Origin: an uncultured Oscillospiraceae bacterium
Lineage (GTDB): Bacteria > Bacillota > Clostridia > Christensenellales > CAG-138
Assembly: GCA_964541695.1 (NCBI GenBank)
Contig: CAZIRB010000002.1
Span: forward strand, 25,465-77,462
Length of the DNA stretch: 51,998 bases
Reading direction: 5' to 3'
In this document: positions 26,789-36,729 of the stretch, piece by piece
Layout of the letters: every line of letters begins with the position of its first letter
How positions within the stretch are numbered: the stretch's first letter is position 1
Position numbers and translations under genes: made by a program
The notes under the pieces: model-generated
Told to the model about the DNA's origin: nothing
Database searches by the model: none
What the model saw: the letters and a program-made list of their open reading frames with translations, nothing else

Positions 26789-28675
26789 TTAGCGATTCCG
26801 CCGGCGTTTGTCAACTGCATTCTTGCCGCGCTTTGTGCCCGTGCGCGCGGCGTTTGCGGCGGTTTTTGCCGCCTCGCGCGGCGGCGGCACGAGGCAGCCG
26901 CGGCCAAAGCCGATCAGGTCACTTCTTCCCGCCTGTTCCAGCGCCCTGCGCACGAGCGCGAAGTTTTTCGGGTCGTAGTACTGCAAAAGCGCGCGCTGCA
27001 TGCGCTTCTCGTCGGGCGATTTCGGCACATACATCCGCTCCATCGTGCGCGGGTCGAGCCCGGTATAAAACATGCAGGTCGAGAGCGTGCCGGGCGTGGG
27101 ATAGAAGTCCTGCACCTGCTCGGGCCGCATGCGGTTCTCCTTTAGGTAGAGCGCGAGCTCAATCGCGTCCGAAAGCTCCGAGCCGGGGTGCGACGAGATC
27201 AGGTACGGCACGAGGTACTGGTCGAGGCCGAAGCGCCGGTTCAGCCGCGCGTACGTTTCGGCGAAGCGGTCGAACACCGCGCGCGGGGGCTTGTTCATGT
27301 AGTACAGCACGCGGTCGGACACGTGCTCCGGCGCAACCTTGAGCTGGCCGCTGACGTGATGCCGCACAAGCTCGCTCAAAAACGCGTCGCTCTTATCGTA
27401 CAGCGCGTAGTCATAGCGCACGCCGGAGCGCACGAACACGCGCCTGACCCCCGGCAGCGCGCGGAGCTTTTTCAGCAGCGCGGTGTAGTCGCTCTCGTCG
27501 GCGATAAGGTTCCCGCAGCGCTCGTAGCCGATGCACTGCCTGTCCGCGCAGACGCCCGCCGTCAATTGTTTTTTGCAGGCGGGCTGCCGGAAGTTCGCCG
27601 TGGGGCCGCCGACGTCGTGGATCACGCCGCGAAACGCCGGATCGCACGTCAAATCCTTCGCCTCGGCGAGGATGGACGCGTGGCTGCGCGCCTGGACGAC
27701 GCGCCCCTGGTGGAACGTCAGCGCGCAGAAGCTGCAGCCGCCGAAGCAGCCGCGCGCGGACGTGATCGAGAACGAGACCTCGTCGAGCGCCGGGATATGC
27801 GCGCGGTAGGACGGGTGCGCGCGGCGCGTAAACGGCAGCGCGTAGATTGCATCGAGCTCCGCGGCCGTCAGCGGCGGCTGCGGCGGATTGACGACGAGGC
27901 AGCCTTTCTCGTGCGGCTGCACGAGCGCGCGGCCGCGCACGGCGTCGTGCTCGCGCTGCTCGGACATAAAGGCCTCGGCGTACTTCCGCTTGTTTTCCGA
28001 AACCTCCGTAAACGAGGGCAGCACCACCGCGCCCGGCACGTCGTCGGGCTTGTCCGCGCGGTAACAGGCGCCGCGCACGTCCGCAATCGAGCGCACGTCG
28101 CGGCCGGAGGCGAGCGCGTCCGCCACCTGCACGATCGAACGCTCCGCCATGCCGTAGAGCAGAAGGTCCGCGCCCGCGTCGTACAAAATCGAATGGCGCA
28201 CCTTATCGTCCCAGTAATCGTAGTGCGCGAACCGCCGTAAACTCGCCTCGATGCCGCCGAGTAGTACCGGCACGCCGGCGTACGCCTCACGGCAGCGGTT
28301 GCCGTACACGATCGCCGCGCGGTCCGGCCGCGCGCCGGCGCGCCCGCCGGGCGTGTACGCGTCCTCGCCGCGCCGCTTCTTGGCCGCGGTGTAGTGGTTC
28401 ACCATCGAGTCGATGTTGCCGCCGGTGACGAGAAACGCAAGCTTCGGCCGCCCGAGCGCGCGGAACGCGTCCGCGCTGTGCCAATCGGGCTGCGCGAGCA
28501 CGCCCACGGAATAGCCGCGGCTTTGCAGCACGCGCGCGATGATCGCCGCACCGAAGCTCGGGTGGTCGACGTACGCGTCGCCGGACACCAGCACAAAATC
28601 CGCCGACGCAAAGCCGCGCCGGCGCATCTCATCGGGCGTTAAAAACGGTATGCTGCTCTCGGGGAAATCGGTCAT
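26789..28675 (-). CDS. ygiQ: YgiQ family (UPF0313) radical SAM protein
   Basis: 628 aa with a CxxxCxxC cluster CFGGCSFC. Family-typical N- and C-terminal domains and a basic tail. Confidence 0.85.
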   Translation of the reverse strand: MTDFPESSIPFLTPDEMRRRGFASADFVLVSGDAYVDHPSFGAAIIARVLQSRGYSVGVLAQPDWHSADAFRALGRPKLAFLVTGGNIDSMVNHYTAAKKRRGEDAYTPGGRAGARPDRAAIVYGNRCREAYAGVPVLLGGIEASLRRFAHYDYWDDKVRHSILYDAGADLLLYGMAERSIVQVADALASGRDVRSIADVRGACYRADKPDDVPGAVVLPSFTEVSENKRKYAEAFMSEQREHDAVRGRALVQPHEKGCLVVNPPQPPLTAAELDAIYALPFTRRAHPSYRAHIPALDEVSFSITSARGCFGGCSFCALTFHQGRVVQARSHASILAEAKDLTCDPAFRGVIHDVGGPTANFRQPACKKQLTAGVCADRQCIGYERCGNLIADESDYTALLKKLRALPGVRRVFVRSGVRYDYALYDKSDAFLSELVRHHVSGQLKVAPEHVSDRVLYYMNKPPRAVFDRFAETYARLNRRFGLDQYLVPYLISSHPGSELSDAIELALYLKENRMRPEQVQDFYPTPGTLSTCMFYTGLDPRTMERMYVPKSPDEKRMQRALLQYYDPKNFALVRRALEQAGRSDLIGFGRGCLVPPPREAAKTAANAARTGTKRGKNAVDKRRRNR

Positions 28676-29148
28676 GGGAGATCGGCTTCTTTTTTCCAGG
28701 CGGAGCGCGGCTGCTCGGGCTGCTGCGGCACGCGGCGCAGCTCCTCCTCGACGGATTTTTTGCGCGGGGCGGCGGTCCCCGTCTCGATCTCGAGCGCGAC
28801 CGCGTCCGCAATCGCGCGCACGGTGTCGTCGGGCAGGTCCGCGCCCGGAGCCGGCGCGATCGCCGCGCGCGGCTGCGCGATGCGCCGCGGCTGCGCAAGC
28901 CTTCTGCGCGTGTCCGCACTCTCGAGCATGCGGTCCGGCTGCACGCCGCCGGAAGCAGCCACGATGCTGTCGTATCGCTTGAGCTCCTGCAGCATCTCCT
29001 CCATCGCGGCCGTCATCTCGAGGCGCTCCTTCTGGAGCGTCTCGATCTCGGTGATAATATCGTCAAGGAACGCGTCCACCTCGCGGACATCATAGCCCAT
29101 GAACGACTTGGAAAAGACCTTGTTGACGATATCCGAAGTCTTGATCAT
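28672..29148 (-). CDS. DivIVA domain-containing cell-division protein
   Basis: 158 aa with the N-terminal DivIVA motif [19 protein letters not shown] followed by a coiled coil. ATGA overlap with ygiQ. Confidence 0.8.
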   Translation of the reverse strand: MIKTSDIVNKVFSKSFMGYDVREVDAFLDDIITEIETLQKERLEMTAAMEEMLQELKRYDSIVAASGGVQPDRMLESADTRRRLAQPRRIAQPRAAIAPAPGADLPDDTVRAIADAVALEIETGTAAPRKKSVEEELRRVPQQPEQPRSAWKKEADLP

Positions 29149-29158
29149 ACCGCTCCTT

Positions 29159-29196
29159 AAAAAGCGGACACACCAATGCGTAATTGATGTGCCCGC
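29159..29196 (-). terminator. Possible leaky intrinsic terminator between sepF and the divIVA-like gene
   Basis: The minus strand reads GCGGGCACA-15 nt-TGTGTCCGC (9 bp with one G.U) followed by TTTTT, which runs into the AAGGAG RBS. Confidence 0.4.
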
Positions 29197-29220
29197 ATGC
29201 TGTGCTTTCCCCGGCCCGGG

Positions 29221-29688
29221 TTACATCGAATCGCCAAAGTCGTCGTTATTCCCGACTACATCATAATTATTCGGAGCGACGACAAAAATTCCGCGAGATA
29301 TTTTGCACATGGTCCCGCTGAGCGCATACACGGCGCCGGAGAGGAAGTCCAGTATGCGCTGCGCGCACTCCACGTCCAGCTCCTCCATGTTCACGATGAC
29401 CGGCTTGCGGTTCTTTAAGTTGTCGATGATGATCTGCGTATCCTCGTAGCTGACCGGGTGGTACACGATCATCTTCATGCCGCCGGAGATCGGCAGGTTG
29501 GAGCCCGTCGAGGCGGCAGGCGCGGCTTTTTCGGCCTTTACGCGCGACTGCGCGCGGTTGCCGAAATGCACCACGTTGTCGGCGCGGCTGTCGCTTTCCT
29601 CGCGGTAGTATTCGTCGCGCTCCTCTTCGGTTTCGTCGCTTTCCTCGATTCCAATGAAATCCAGGAACTTCGTGTATAGACTCGCCAT
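29221..29688 (-). CDS. sepF: Cell division protein SepF
   Basis: ORF trimmed to ATG 29688 (MASLYTKFLDFIG) with a GGGAGGAA RBS. The C-terminal SepF domain reads MKMIVYHPVSYEDTQIIIDNLKNRKPVIVNM. Confidence 0.85.
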   Translation of the reverse strand: MASLYTKFLDFIGIEESDETEEERDEYYREESDSRADNVVHFGNRAQSRVKAEKAAPAASTGSNLPISGGMKMIVYHPVSYEDTQIIIDNLKNRKPVIVNMEELDVECAQRILDFLSGAVYALSGTMCKISRGIFVVAPNNYDVVGNNDDFGDSM

Positions 29689-29736
29689 CCAGTTTCCTCC
29701 CACATATGCAGGCCGCCCCGCGGCGGCCGGACCCCG

Positions 29737-30426
29737 TTATTTCGTCCGCTCCCCGAATATCGCCGTGCCGACGCGCACCATCGTCGCGCCCTCCTCGATC
29801 GCCACTTCAAAATCGTGGCTCATGCCCATGGAGAGCTCGGCAATCGGCAGCTTCGGGTACTCCCGCCTGAGCCGGCAAAAGAGCTCGTACATCCGCCGAA
29901 AATACGGTCTTGCCGCCTCCGGCTCCCCCGCCGGCGGCACGCACATCAGGCCCTTGACGCATAAATGCGAACATTCCGAGAGTATTCCCACAAGGGACGG
30001 CAGTTCCGGAATGGAAATCCCGCCCTTTTGCGGCTCGTCGCCAATGTTCACCTGCACGAATACGTCCTGCACGCCGCCGTTCGCCGCGGCCGCCTGCTCC
30101 AGTTTTTCACAGAGAGCGGCGCGGTCGACCGACTGTATCGTGCCGACCCGATTACAGACGTATTTTAACTTATTCGTCTGCAGTTGTCCAATGAAATGGG
30201 TGGTAAGCCCGTGCTGTTCAAAGAAATTTAACTTCTCCTTCAAATCCTGGACACGATTTTCTCCCACTTCCGTCACACCGGCAGTAACCGCCTCCGCGAT
30301 GCGGGGTATGTCCACGAACTTGGTCACCGCGATCAAACGCACGTCGCCCGCGCTTCTCCCGGAGCGCGCGCAGGCCGATTCCATGCGCGACCGCACGTCG
30401 CAGTAGTTGCCGTAAATCCCGCTCAT
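29737..30426 (-). CDS. yggS: YggS/YlmE family pyridoxal-phosphate homeostasis protein
   Basis: 229 aa; the PLP lysine context is RLIAVTKFV. ATGA overlap with the upstream gene. Confidence 0.9.
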   Translation of the reverse strand: MSGIYGNYCDVRSRMESACARSGRSAGDVRLIAVTKFVDIPRIAEAVTAGVTEVGENRVQDLKEKLNFFEQHGLTTHFIGQLQTNKLKYVCNRVGTIQSVDRAALCEKLEQAAAANGGVQDVFVQVNIGDEPQKGGISIPELPSLVGILSECSHLCVKGLMCVPPAGEPEAARPYFRRMYELFCRLRREYPKLPIAELSMGMSHDFEVAIEEGATMVRVGTAIFGERTK

Positions 30427-31619
30427 GGCTTGATGTACTTCTGGCCCACGGCCAACGTGTCGGTCGAGTTCCTTGCGCGGATCACCGCTTTTTTGCCGTC
30501 CTCGGCAAGCACGTCGATCTCGACGCGCAGCGGCTGGTCGCCGTACTTGATGTTGAGCCCGGCCACGCCGTTGACGATGTCGATCGCCTCCACCGGCACG
30601 ACGAGCCCCTGCGCGGACTTGGTGATCTTTGCGGATACCGTGCGCACGCCGACGAGCTTGCCGATGTCCGTGTTAAACTCCAGGATGTTCACAATCTGCT
30701 TCTCGGAGACCGCGGGCTCGCGCGCCGTGGCCTCGTACACCTGATCGGAGTAATCCGTAAACGTGATGAAGTATTTCTCGCCCGCGGACAGCCGCAGCGG
30801 GTCGGTCGCCTTCGTCACAAACACCAGGTACCAGTGCGTCGGCTTGATGAGCCGGTACAGCGGGATGTCCTCGACCGATTCCTTGACGACGCTCGTGTTG
30901 CCGCCGGCCACGACCTTGTCGATCAGGTCCGCGTTGATCGTGCTGAGCTTGTTGATCGCCAGAGCCTGCTCGTAGCCGTCGAAATAGAAGCTGATGATGC
31001 CGGTGCCCGCGCTGTTGACCACGTCGCGCTTCCAGCTCTTGACGCTGTTTTGCTGCTCGTCGAGCTGCGAGTACATCGAGGTGAGCTGCGGGTCGGCGGA
31101 GACCAGCGTGCGCAGCACGGTGCTGCGCTCGGCCTGCAGGTCTTTAAGCGACTGCTCAAGCGCGAGCATGTCGAGGTCGGTCTGCCCGCGCGACGCGGCG
31201 CGGATCTGGTCCTCGACCGTCAGGATGCGCGTGTTCACGTCGGCAAGCTCCGGCGGGACCGTGCCGGCGAGCAGCTCCATCTGGTGCGCGTACACCTGCT
31301 TTTGCAGGTTGAGCAGCGTCACCATCGTCTCGTCCTGGTAGCCGCGCTTGAACACCTCGGCAATCAGCGTGCCGTCCTCGACGGTCTGCCCCTCGACGAC
31401 GTCGAACGTGACCTTCTCGTACGCCTCGGTCCGCACGACCGCCTCGTCGCGCACGATCACGGCGCTGGCGTCCAGCTCCGCGCCGATGCTGCCGTAGGTG
31501 ATCTCGTTCCTGTGCAGGCCGACCCTGGCCAAAAATACCGCAAACGACAGCACGGCGGCAAAGCCGAGCAGCACTGCGTAGAAGCGGCCCTTGTTCTTGA
31601 GCTTCCTCGTCTTTGCCAC
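30423..31619 (-). CDS. HlyD-like membrane-fusion/periplasmic-adaptor-fold protein with an N-terminal TM, coiled-coil hairpin and beta-barrel
   Basis: 398 aa; GTG start at 31619 with a GAGGTGG RBS. Contains a TM segment FYAVLLGFAAVLSFAVFLA, a central heptad-rich region and a beta-rich C-terminus. Assigned by architecture recognition only. Confidence 0.6.
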   Translation of the reverse strand: MAKTRKLKNKGRFYAVLLGFAAVLSFAVFLARVGLHRNEITYGSIGAELDASAVIVRDEAVVRTEAYEKVTFDVVEGQTVEDGTLIAEVFKRGYQDETMVTLLNLQKQVYAHQMELLAGTVPPELADVNTRILTVEDQIRAASRGQTDLDMLALEQSLKDLQAERSTVLRTLVSADPQLTSMYSQLDEQQNSVKSWKRDVVNSAGTGIISFYFDGYEQALAINKLSTINADLIDKVVAGGNTSVVKESVEDIPLYRLIKPTHWYLVFVTKATDPLRLSAGEKYFITFTDYSDQVYEATAREPAVSEKQIVNILEFNTDIGKLVGVRTVSAKITKSAQGLVVPVEAIDIVNGVAGLNIKYGDQPLRVEIDVLAEDGKKAVIRARNSTDTLAVGQKYIKP

Positions 31620-31621
31620 GG

Positions 31622-31978
31622 CTATTCCACCTCGTACCCGGGCTTATCGGACCTGCCGTGCTGGCGGTCGAAGTTCTCCCCGTTCTTCTCGCAGTAGCGC
31701 GTAAACAGCTCGTCCGCGTCCATGCCGCTGCGGATGCACATGCTCACAAAAAAGTGCAGCACGTCGACAAGCTCGCCGCGCACCGCGGAAGCGTCGACGG
31801 GCTTTTTATTTTTCCACCATTTAAAATTGACCTCGTCGAGCACTTCGGCAAGCTCGCTCACCATCGCGAGCACGTCCTTCTGGATCCACTCCTCGGGGGA
31901 ATAGTCCAACCGGCGGCGCGTCTCAATATCAGAATCCAGCGCGCGCTGCATCGAAAATATCGTATCGAGTTTGTCCAT
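31622..31978 (-). CDS. Small all-alpha dimeric-dUTPase/MazG-like NTP pyrophosphohydrolase family protein
   Basis: 118 aa. The sequence ...LAMVSELAEVLDEVNFKWWKN...ELVDVLHFFVS resembles the dUTPase_2 / MazG-like helical core. Confidence 0.6.
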   Translation of the reverse strand: MDKLDTIFSMQRALDSDIETRRRLDYSPEEWIQKDVLAMVSELAEVLDEVNFKWWKNKKPVDASAVRGELVDVLHFFVSMCIRSGMDADELFTRYCEKNGENFDRQHGRSDKPGYEVE

Positions 31979-32008
31979 ATCCGTCCCCCCGGCCGCCGCT
32001 CCCGCGCG

Positions 32009-33277
32009 CTAGAACCCCTTTGTCACGAGCTCCGTCAGCGCGTCCGCGTGCGGCTCCGTGCGCCCGACGAACGCCGCGCAAAGCTTCGTTCCGTCCAGCA
32101 CCGTCTTAATCGCCGCGTTAATATCTTCCATTGTAACACAGGTGATGCGGTTTATCGTTTCCGCCTCGATATATTCACGATTTTGTAACAACGCGACCTT
32201 GCCGATCGCGTTCATGACCGCGCCCGGCGATTCCATGCTGAGCAGGTAGCTGCCCTTTAGCTGCTCCTTGCAGCGCGTAAACTCCTCCTCGGTCAGGCCG
32301 TGCTTTTTAAGCCGCTTCAGCTCCGCGAGCATCAGCTTGAGCACCCGGACCGCCTGCTTCTCGCCGGTGCCCGCGTAGAGCGCGAACGACCCGGTCTTTG
32401 TATAGAACACCGGGTACGAATAGACGGAATACGCCAGGCCGCGCTTCTCGCGGATGGCCTGGAACAGCCGCGAGCTCATGCTGCCGCCGAGCGCGTTGTT
32501 GAGCACGGAGAGCGAGAACTGCTCCATCGTGTCGCGCGCAAAGCCGGGCAGCATCAGCGTGATATGCACCTGCTCGATGTCCTTTTTGATGCACTCGACG
32601 CGGCTGACGCCCGGAAAGCTCTGCTCAAGCTCCGGCGCCGCCTCGCCCTCGTGCAGCTCCCCGAACTCCTTCTCGACGAGCTCGATCAGCGCCTTCGGCT
32701 CAAAATGGCCCGCGCACGCGATGACAATGTTCTTTGCGCAGTAGTGCTTCTCCTTATAGGCAAGCAGCAGCTCGCGCGTGAACGCGCGCACGGATTTTTC
32801 GGTGCCCAGTATCGGGCGCGACAGCGGATCGTCGCCGAAGAACAGCATGTTGGCCACCTCGGCGGCCATGTCCTCCGGGCTGTCCTCCATCATGAGGATT
32901 TCCTCGACGACGACGCTCTTCTCCTTGCGCAGCGGCGCCGTCTCAAACTTGCTGTGCAGCGCGATGTCCGAGAGCATGTCCATCGCGAGCGGCAGGTGCT
33001 CGTCCAGCACCTTGGCGTAAAAGCACGTGCACTCCTTGGACGTAAACGCGTTGAGCATGCCGCCCACGGCGTCCATCTCAATGGCGATCTGCTCCGCCGT
33101 GCGACGCTCCGTCCCCTTGAACACCATGTGCTCGATAAAGTGCGCCGCGCCAAGCTCCTTGCCCGTTTCGCGCACGGAACCGGTGTTCACCCAGATGCCG
33201 ACGGAAACCGAGCGTACGTGCTCCATCGCCTCGGTGACGACGCGCACGCCGTTTTTCATGGTATGGATTTCGACCAA
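32009..33277 (-). CDS. M16 family (pitrilysin-like) zinc peptidase
   Basis: 422 aa with the inverted zinc motif HFIEHMVFKG. TTG start at 33277 with a GAGGGAA RBS. Same position as B. subtilis mlpA, downstream of pnp-ylxY. Confidence 0.85.
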   Translation of the reverse strand: MVEIHTMKNGVRVVTEAMEHVRSVSVGIWVNTGSVRETGKELGAAHFIEHMVFKGTERRTAEQIAIEMDAVGGMLNAFTSKECTCFYAKVLDEHLPLAMDMLSDIALHSKFETAPLRKEKSVVVEEILMMEDSPEDMAAEVANMLFFGDDPLSRPILGTEKSVRAFTRELLLAYKEKHYCAKNIVIACAGHFEPKALIELVEKEFGELHEGEAAPELEQSFPGVSRVECIKKDIEQVHITLMLPGFARDTMEQFSLSVLNNALGGSMSSRLFQAIREKRGLAYSVYSYPVFYTKTGSFALYAGTGEKQAVRVLKLMLAELKRLKKHGLTEEEFTRCKEQLKGSYLLSMESPGAVMNAIGKVALLQNREYIEAETINRITCVTMEDINAAIKTVLDGTKLCAAFVGRTEPHADALTELVTKGF

Positions 33278-33286
33278 CGTATTCCC

Positions 33287-33985
33287 TCATTTCAGAAGTT
33301 CCCCGACCGTCGTGACCGAGAGCCCGCATTGGCGGATCGTGTCGATCACCGCCGGCAGCGCGCGCGCCGCCTCCGCGGTCGGGAGTATCATTAGTATGCT
33401 TCCATCAAACGCCTGCTTCGATGCGCGCAGCGCGATATCCGCCGCGTCCCCGCGCGCGCTGAGCAGGTCCGCCGTGCACGCCACGTGCACGAGGCCCAGC
33501 GCCTCCGCCGCGTCCGCGGAGGTTCCGCGGTCGCGCAATCCGGCGTTGTACAGCTCGACCTTTTTGCCCGTGATCTGCTCGATCACCAGGGCCGAGGCCG
33601 AAACGTCGCGCTCGACGAGGCCAATATCGCCGTCGATGGTCGGCACGTAGCCGCAGGAGCCGATCTCGTGCCCGTCCGCGATCATCGTTTCCAGCGTGTC
33701 CGCGTGCGCCTTGGCCCACTCGCCGCTGACGAAGAACGTGATGCGCGCGTCCGCCTCGCGGAGCGCGTCGAGCATGTCCTCCACGGCGGCGGCGTCCCAG
33801 CTTACGATGCACTCGAGCGCCACCGCGCCGCCCTTTTTGCCGCGGTACACCGTTTCGTCGGAAAGCGCGGCGATCGCGTCGTCGCCAAGGCCCGTGCCGG
33901 TTACCACATACAACAGAACGATTGTCAACAGAATGAACACATTGACGGTGCTCATCAGCGAGTCCGCGATCTTCTGTTTCTCCAT
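33287..33985 (-). CDS. Membrane-anchored polysaccharide deacetylase (NodB)-like protein, apparently degenerate
   Basis: 232 aa with an N-terminal TM segment. The NodB-like segments are VSWDAA...ARITFFVSG...DGHEIGSCGY. Same position as B. subtilis ylxY. Confidence 0.7.
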   Translation of the reverse strand: MEKQKIADSLMSTVNVFILLTIVLLYVVTGTGLGDDAIAALSDETVYRGKKGGAVALECIVSWDAAAVEDMLDALREADARITFFVSGEWAKAHADTLETMIADGHEIGSCGYVPTIDGDIGLVERDVSASALVIEQITGKKVELYNAGLRDRGTSADAAEALGLVHVACTADLLSARGDAADIALRASKQAFDGSILMILPTAEAARALPAVIDTIRQCGLSVTTVGELLK

Positions 33986-34060
33986 CGTGTTCCCTCCCGC
34001 GCTTTCCTATCTACATTCGTATTCGCGGGGGGAAAACATTATTCTGCCGCGGCGCGCGCT

Positions 34061-34093
34061 TTCGGGGGCGCGGCAGTTTGCCGCGCCCCCGAA
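34061..34093 (-). terminator. 33-bp GC-rich perfect inverted repeat downstream of pnp; a 3' stem-loop or terminator without a U-tract
   Basis: TTCGGGGGCGCGGCA-gtt-TGCCGCGCCCCCGAA, a 14-15 bp stem, lies 20 nt after the pnp stop. Confidence 0.45.
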
Positions 34094-34112
34094 TCGAAGC
34101 GTTCCGTGCGCG

Positions 34113-36212
34113 CTATTCCTTTTCGGGCGGCAGAAGGTCCTTGCGCGTAAGGCTGATCTTGCCGGTCTTTTTGTCGATCTCGATCACGCGCACGAGCACC
34201 TGCTCGCCCATCTGCAGCACGTCCTCGACCTTGTCGACGCGCTTGTTGGCGATGCGCGAGATGTGCAGCAATCCGTCCGTGCCGGGCTTGAGGTTGACGA
34301 ACGCGCCGAACTCCTTGATGCCGACCACGGAGCCGTAGTACACGTCGCCGACCTCGATCTCCTTGACGATGCCGTCGATGATGCGCTTGGCCTCGGCGGC
34401 CGCCGCGGAGTCGGGCGACGCGATGAACACCGTGCCGTCGTCCTCGATGTCGATCTTAACGCCCGTGTCGGCGATAATCTTGTTGATCACCTTGCCGCCG
34501 GAGCCGATGACGTCGCGGATCTTGTCCGGATTGATCGTGAACGTAATGATGCGCGGCGCGTACGGCGACAGCTCGGCACGCGGCTCGCGCAGCGTCTCGG
34601 CCATCTTGTCCAGAATGAACAGGCGGCCCTTCCTGGCCTGCTCCAGCGCCCGCGTCAGGATCTCGCGGTTGATGCCCTTGATCTTGATGTCCATCTGGAT
34701 CGCGGTGATACCCTCGCGCGTGCCCGCGACCTTGAAGTCCATGTCGCCCAGGAAGTCCTCGAGGCCCTGGATATCGGTCAGAATCGCGAGGTTGCCGGTC
34801 TGGTCGTCCTTTATGAGGCCCATGGCCACGCCCGCGACGGGCTTTTTGAGCGGGACGCCCGCGTCGAGCAGCGCCAACGTGCTTGCGCAGATGGATGCCT
34901 GCGACGTAGAGCCGTTGCTGCTGACAACCTCGGACACGAGGCGCATGCAGTACGGGAACTCCTCCTCGGACGGCAGCATGGGCTCGATCGCGCGCTCGGC
35001 TAGCGCGCCGTGGCCGATCTCGCGCCGGCCGGGGCCGCGCATGGGACGGACCTCGCCGACCGAGTACGGCGGCATGTTGTACTGGTGCATATAGCGCTTG
35101 CTCTCCTCGAGCGTGAGCCCGTCGAGCATCTGCGCCTCGGAAATCGTGCCGAGCGTGGCGATGGTCATGACCTGCGTCTGGCCGCGCGTGAACACCGCGC
35201 TGCCGTGCGTGCGCGGCAGAACGCCCACCTCGCTCCAGATCGGCCTAATCTCGTCCTGCTTGCGGCCGTCCGGCCGGATCTGCTTATTGATGATCTTATC
35301 GCGCACGATCTCCTTGGTGATCGAGTACAGGATGGCGTCGATGTCCTTGGCGGAGTTGGGGTATTCCTCGGCAAAGGCCGCGATCGTCTCGTCCGACACC
35401 TGCTTGCCCCGCGTGTCGCGCTCCTTGCGGTCGAACGTGTCGAGCGACCAGACGACCTTGTCGAACGCGAACGCGCGCACCTTCTCGGCGAGCGTATCGT
35501 CCGGGTGATAGAGCTCGAATTCGCGCTTTTCCTTGCCCGCCTCGGCCGCGATGTCCGAAATAAACGTCACGATCTTTTTGATCTCCTCGTGCGCGAACAG
35601 GATCGCGCCGAGCATCTCCTCCTCGGTGACCTCGTTGGCGCCGGCCTCGACCATCATGATGGCGTCCTTCGTGCCGGAGACGGTCAGCGTCAGCCTGCTC
35701 TTTTCGCGCTGCGCACAGTCGGGGTTTATGACGTACTCGCCGTCGACGAGGCCGACCGCCACGGAACCCGTCGGGCCCGCAAACGGCGCGTCGCTGATCG
35801 ACAGCGCGACCGACGAGCCGATCATGCCGAGCACGTCCGGCGGCACGTCCTGCTCGACGGAGAGCACGGTCGCGACGACCTGCACGTCGTTGTAGAAGCC
35901 CTTCGGGAACAGCGGCCTAAGCGGGCGGTCGATCAGCCGGGAGGTCAAAATGGCCTTCTCGGTCGGCCTTCCCTCGCGCTTGATGAAGCCCCCGGGGATC
36001 TTGCCCACGGCATACAGCTTCTCCTCAAACTCCACGGACAGCGGCAGAAAATCGACGCCGTCGCGCTTGGTCTTGGACACGGTCGCGCAGACGAGCACCG
36101 CCGTGTCGCCGCAGCGGACGAGACACGAGCCGCCCGCCTGTTCGGCGTACTTGCCGATTTCGACCGAAAGCGTGCGTCCGCCTACGGTCATTTCAAAGGT
36201 TCTTGCTTGCAT
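34113..36212 (-). CDS. pnp: Polyribonucleotide nucleotidyltransferase (PNPase)
   Basis: 699 aa with two RNase PH domains, a KH domain and an S1 domain ([15 protein letters not shown]). Confidence 0.97.
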   Translation of the reverse strand: MQARTFEMTVGGRTLSVEIGKYAEQAGGSCLVRCGDTAVLVCATVSKTKRDGVDFLPLSVEFEEKLYAVGKIPGGFIKREGRPTEKAILTSRLIDRPLRPLFPKGFYNDVQVVATVLSVEQDVPPDVLGMIGSSVALSISDAPFAGPTGSVAVGLVDGEYVINPDCAQREKSRLTLTVSGTKDAIMMVEAGANEVTEEEMLGAILFAHEEIKKIVTFISDIAAEAGKEKREFELYHPDDTLAEKVRAFAFDKVVWSLDTFDRKERDTRGKQVSDETIAAFAEEYPNSAKDIDAILYSITKEIVRDKIINKQIRPDGRKQDEIRPIWSEVGVLPRTHGSAVFTRGQTQVMTIATLGTISEAQMLDGLTLEESKRYMHQYNMPPYSVGEVRPMRGPGRREIGHGALAERAIEPMLPSEEEFPYCMRLVSEVVSSNGSTSQASICASTLALLDAGVPLKKPVAGVAMGLIKDDQTGNLAILTDIQGLEDFLGDMDFKVAGTREGITAIQMDIKIKGINREILTRALEQARKGRLFILDKMAETLREPRAELSPYAPRIITFTINPDKIRDVIGSGGKVINKIIADTGVKIDIEDDGTVFIASPDSAAAAEAKRIIDGIVKEIEVGDVYYGSVVGIKEFGAFVNLKPGTDGLLHISRIANKRVDKVEDVLQMGEQVLVRVIEIDKKTGKISLTRKDLLPPEKE

Positions 36213-36289
36213 GTGATGACTTCCTCTTTCTTTTCTTTCTTTATCTTCATTTTCATTACAGCCTTCGTCATGCGCGTTTCGTCCGCAAA

Positions 36290-36319
36290 TGGAAAGAGAA
36301 AGGCGGGAATAACCCCGCC
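36290..36319 (-). terminator. Terminator/attenuator hairpin between rpsO and pnp
   Basis: The minus strand reads GGCGGG-gttatt-CCCGCC followed by TTTCTCTTTCC. The rpsO-pnp intergenic terminator arrangement is classical. Confidence 0.45.
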
Positions 36320-36325
36320 CTTCCG

Positions 36326-36580
36326 TTATTTCCTGAGGTTCAAGCTTGCGACGATTGCGCGGTAGCGCTCGATATCCTTCTCCCTCAGATAATTCAGCAG
36401 CCCTCTGCGCTGACCGACCATCTTGAGCAGGCCCCTGCGGGAGTGGAAGTCCTTCTTGTGGAGCTTGAGGTGCTCGTTTAGATGGTTGATCCGCTCGGTT
36501 AAAAGCGCGATCTGCACCTCTGGGGAGCCGGTGTCGCCTTCGTGCAAGGCATACTTTTCGATGATTTCCTGTTTCGTCAT
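36326..36580 (-). CDS. rpsO: 30S ribosomal protein S15
   Basis: ORF trimmed to ATG 36580 ([31 protein letters not shown]) with a GGAGG RBS. Confidence 0.95.
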   Translation of the reverse strand: MTKQEIIEKYALHEGDTGSPEVQIALLTERINHLNEHLKLHKKDFHSRRGLLKMVGQRRGLLNYLREKDIERYRAIVASLNLRK

Positions 36581-36670
36581 GGGGTACCTCCGTTTATTCT
36601 GTATCCCCGCGGACAGAGTAATGCGTCGGAGCGTCGCAAAACCATGTGGGCGGTTCAAAAATACCTAGTT

Positions 36671-36699
36671 AATATAGCATACCCGTGTTCGCTTGTAAA
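36671..36699 (-). promoter_or_regulatory. Putative sigma-A promoter for rpsO
   Basis: The minus strand reads TTTACA, 17 nt, TATATT with a TGc extended -10. Confidence 0.5.
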
Positions 36700-36729
36700 C
36701 AGCAAACGCGAAGAATTGCCTGTTTTTTC

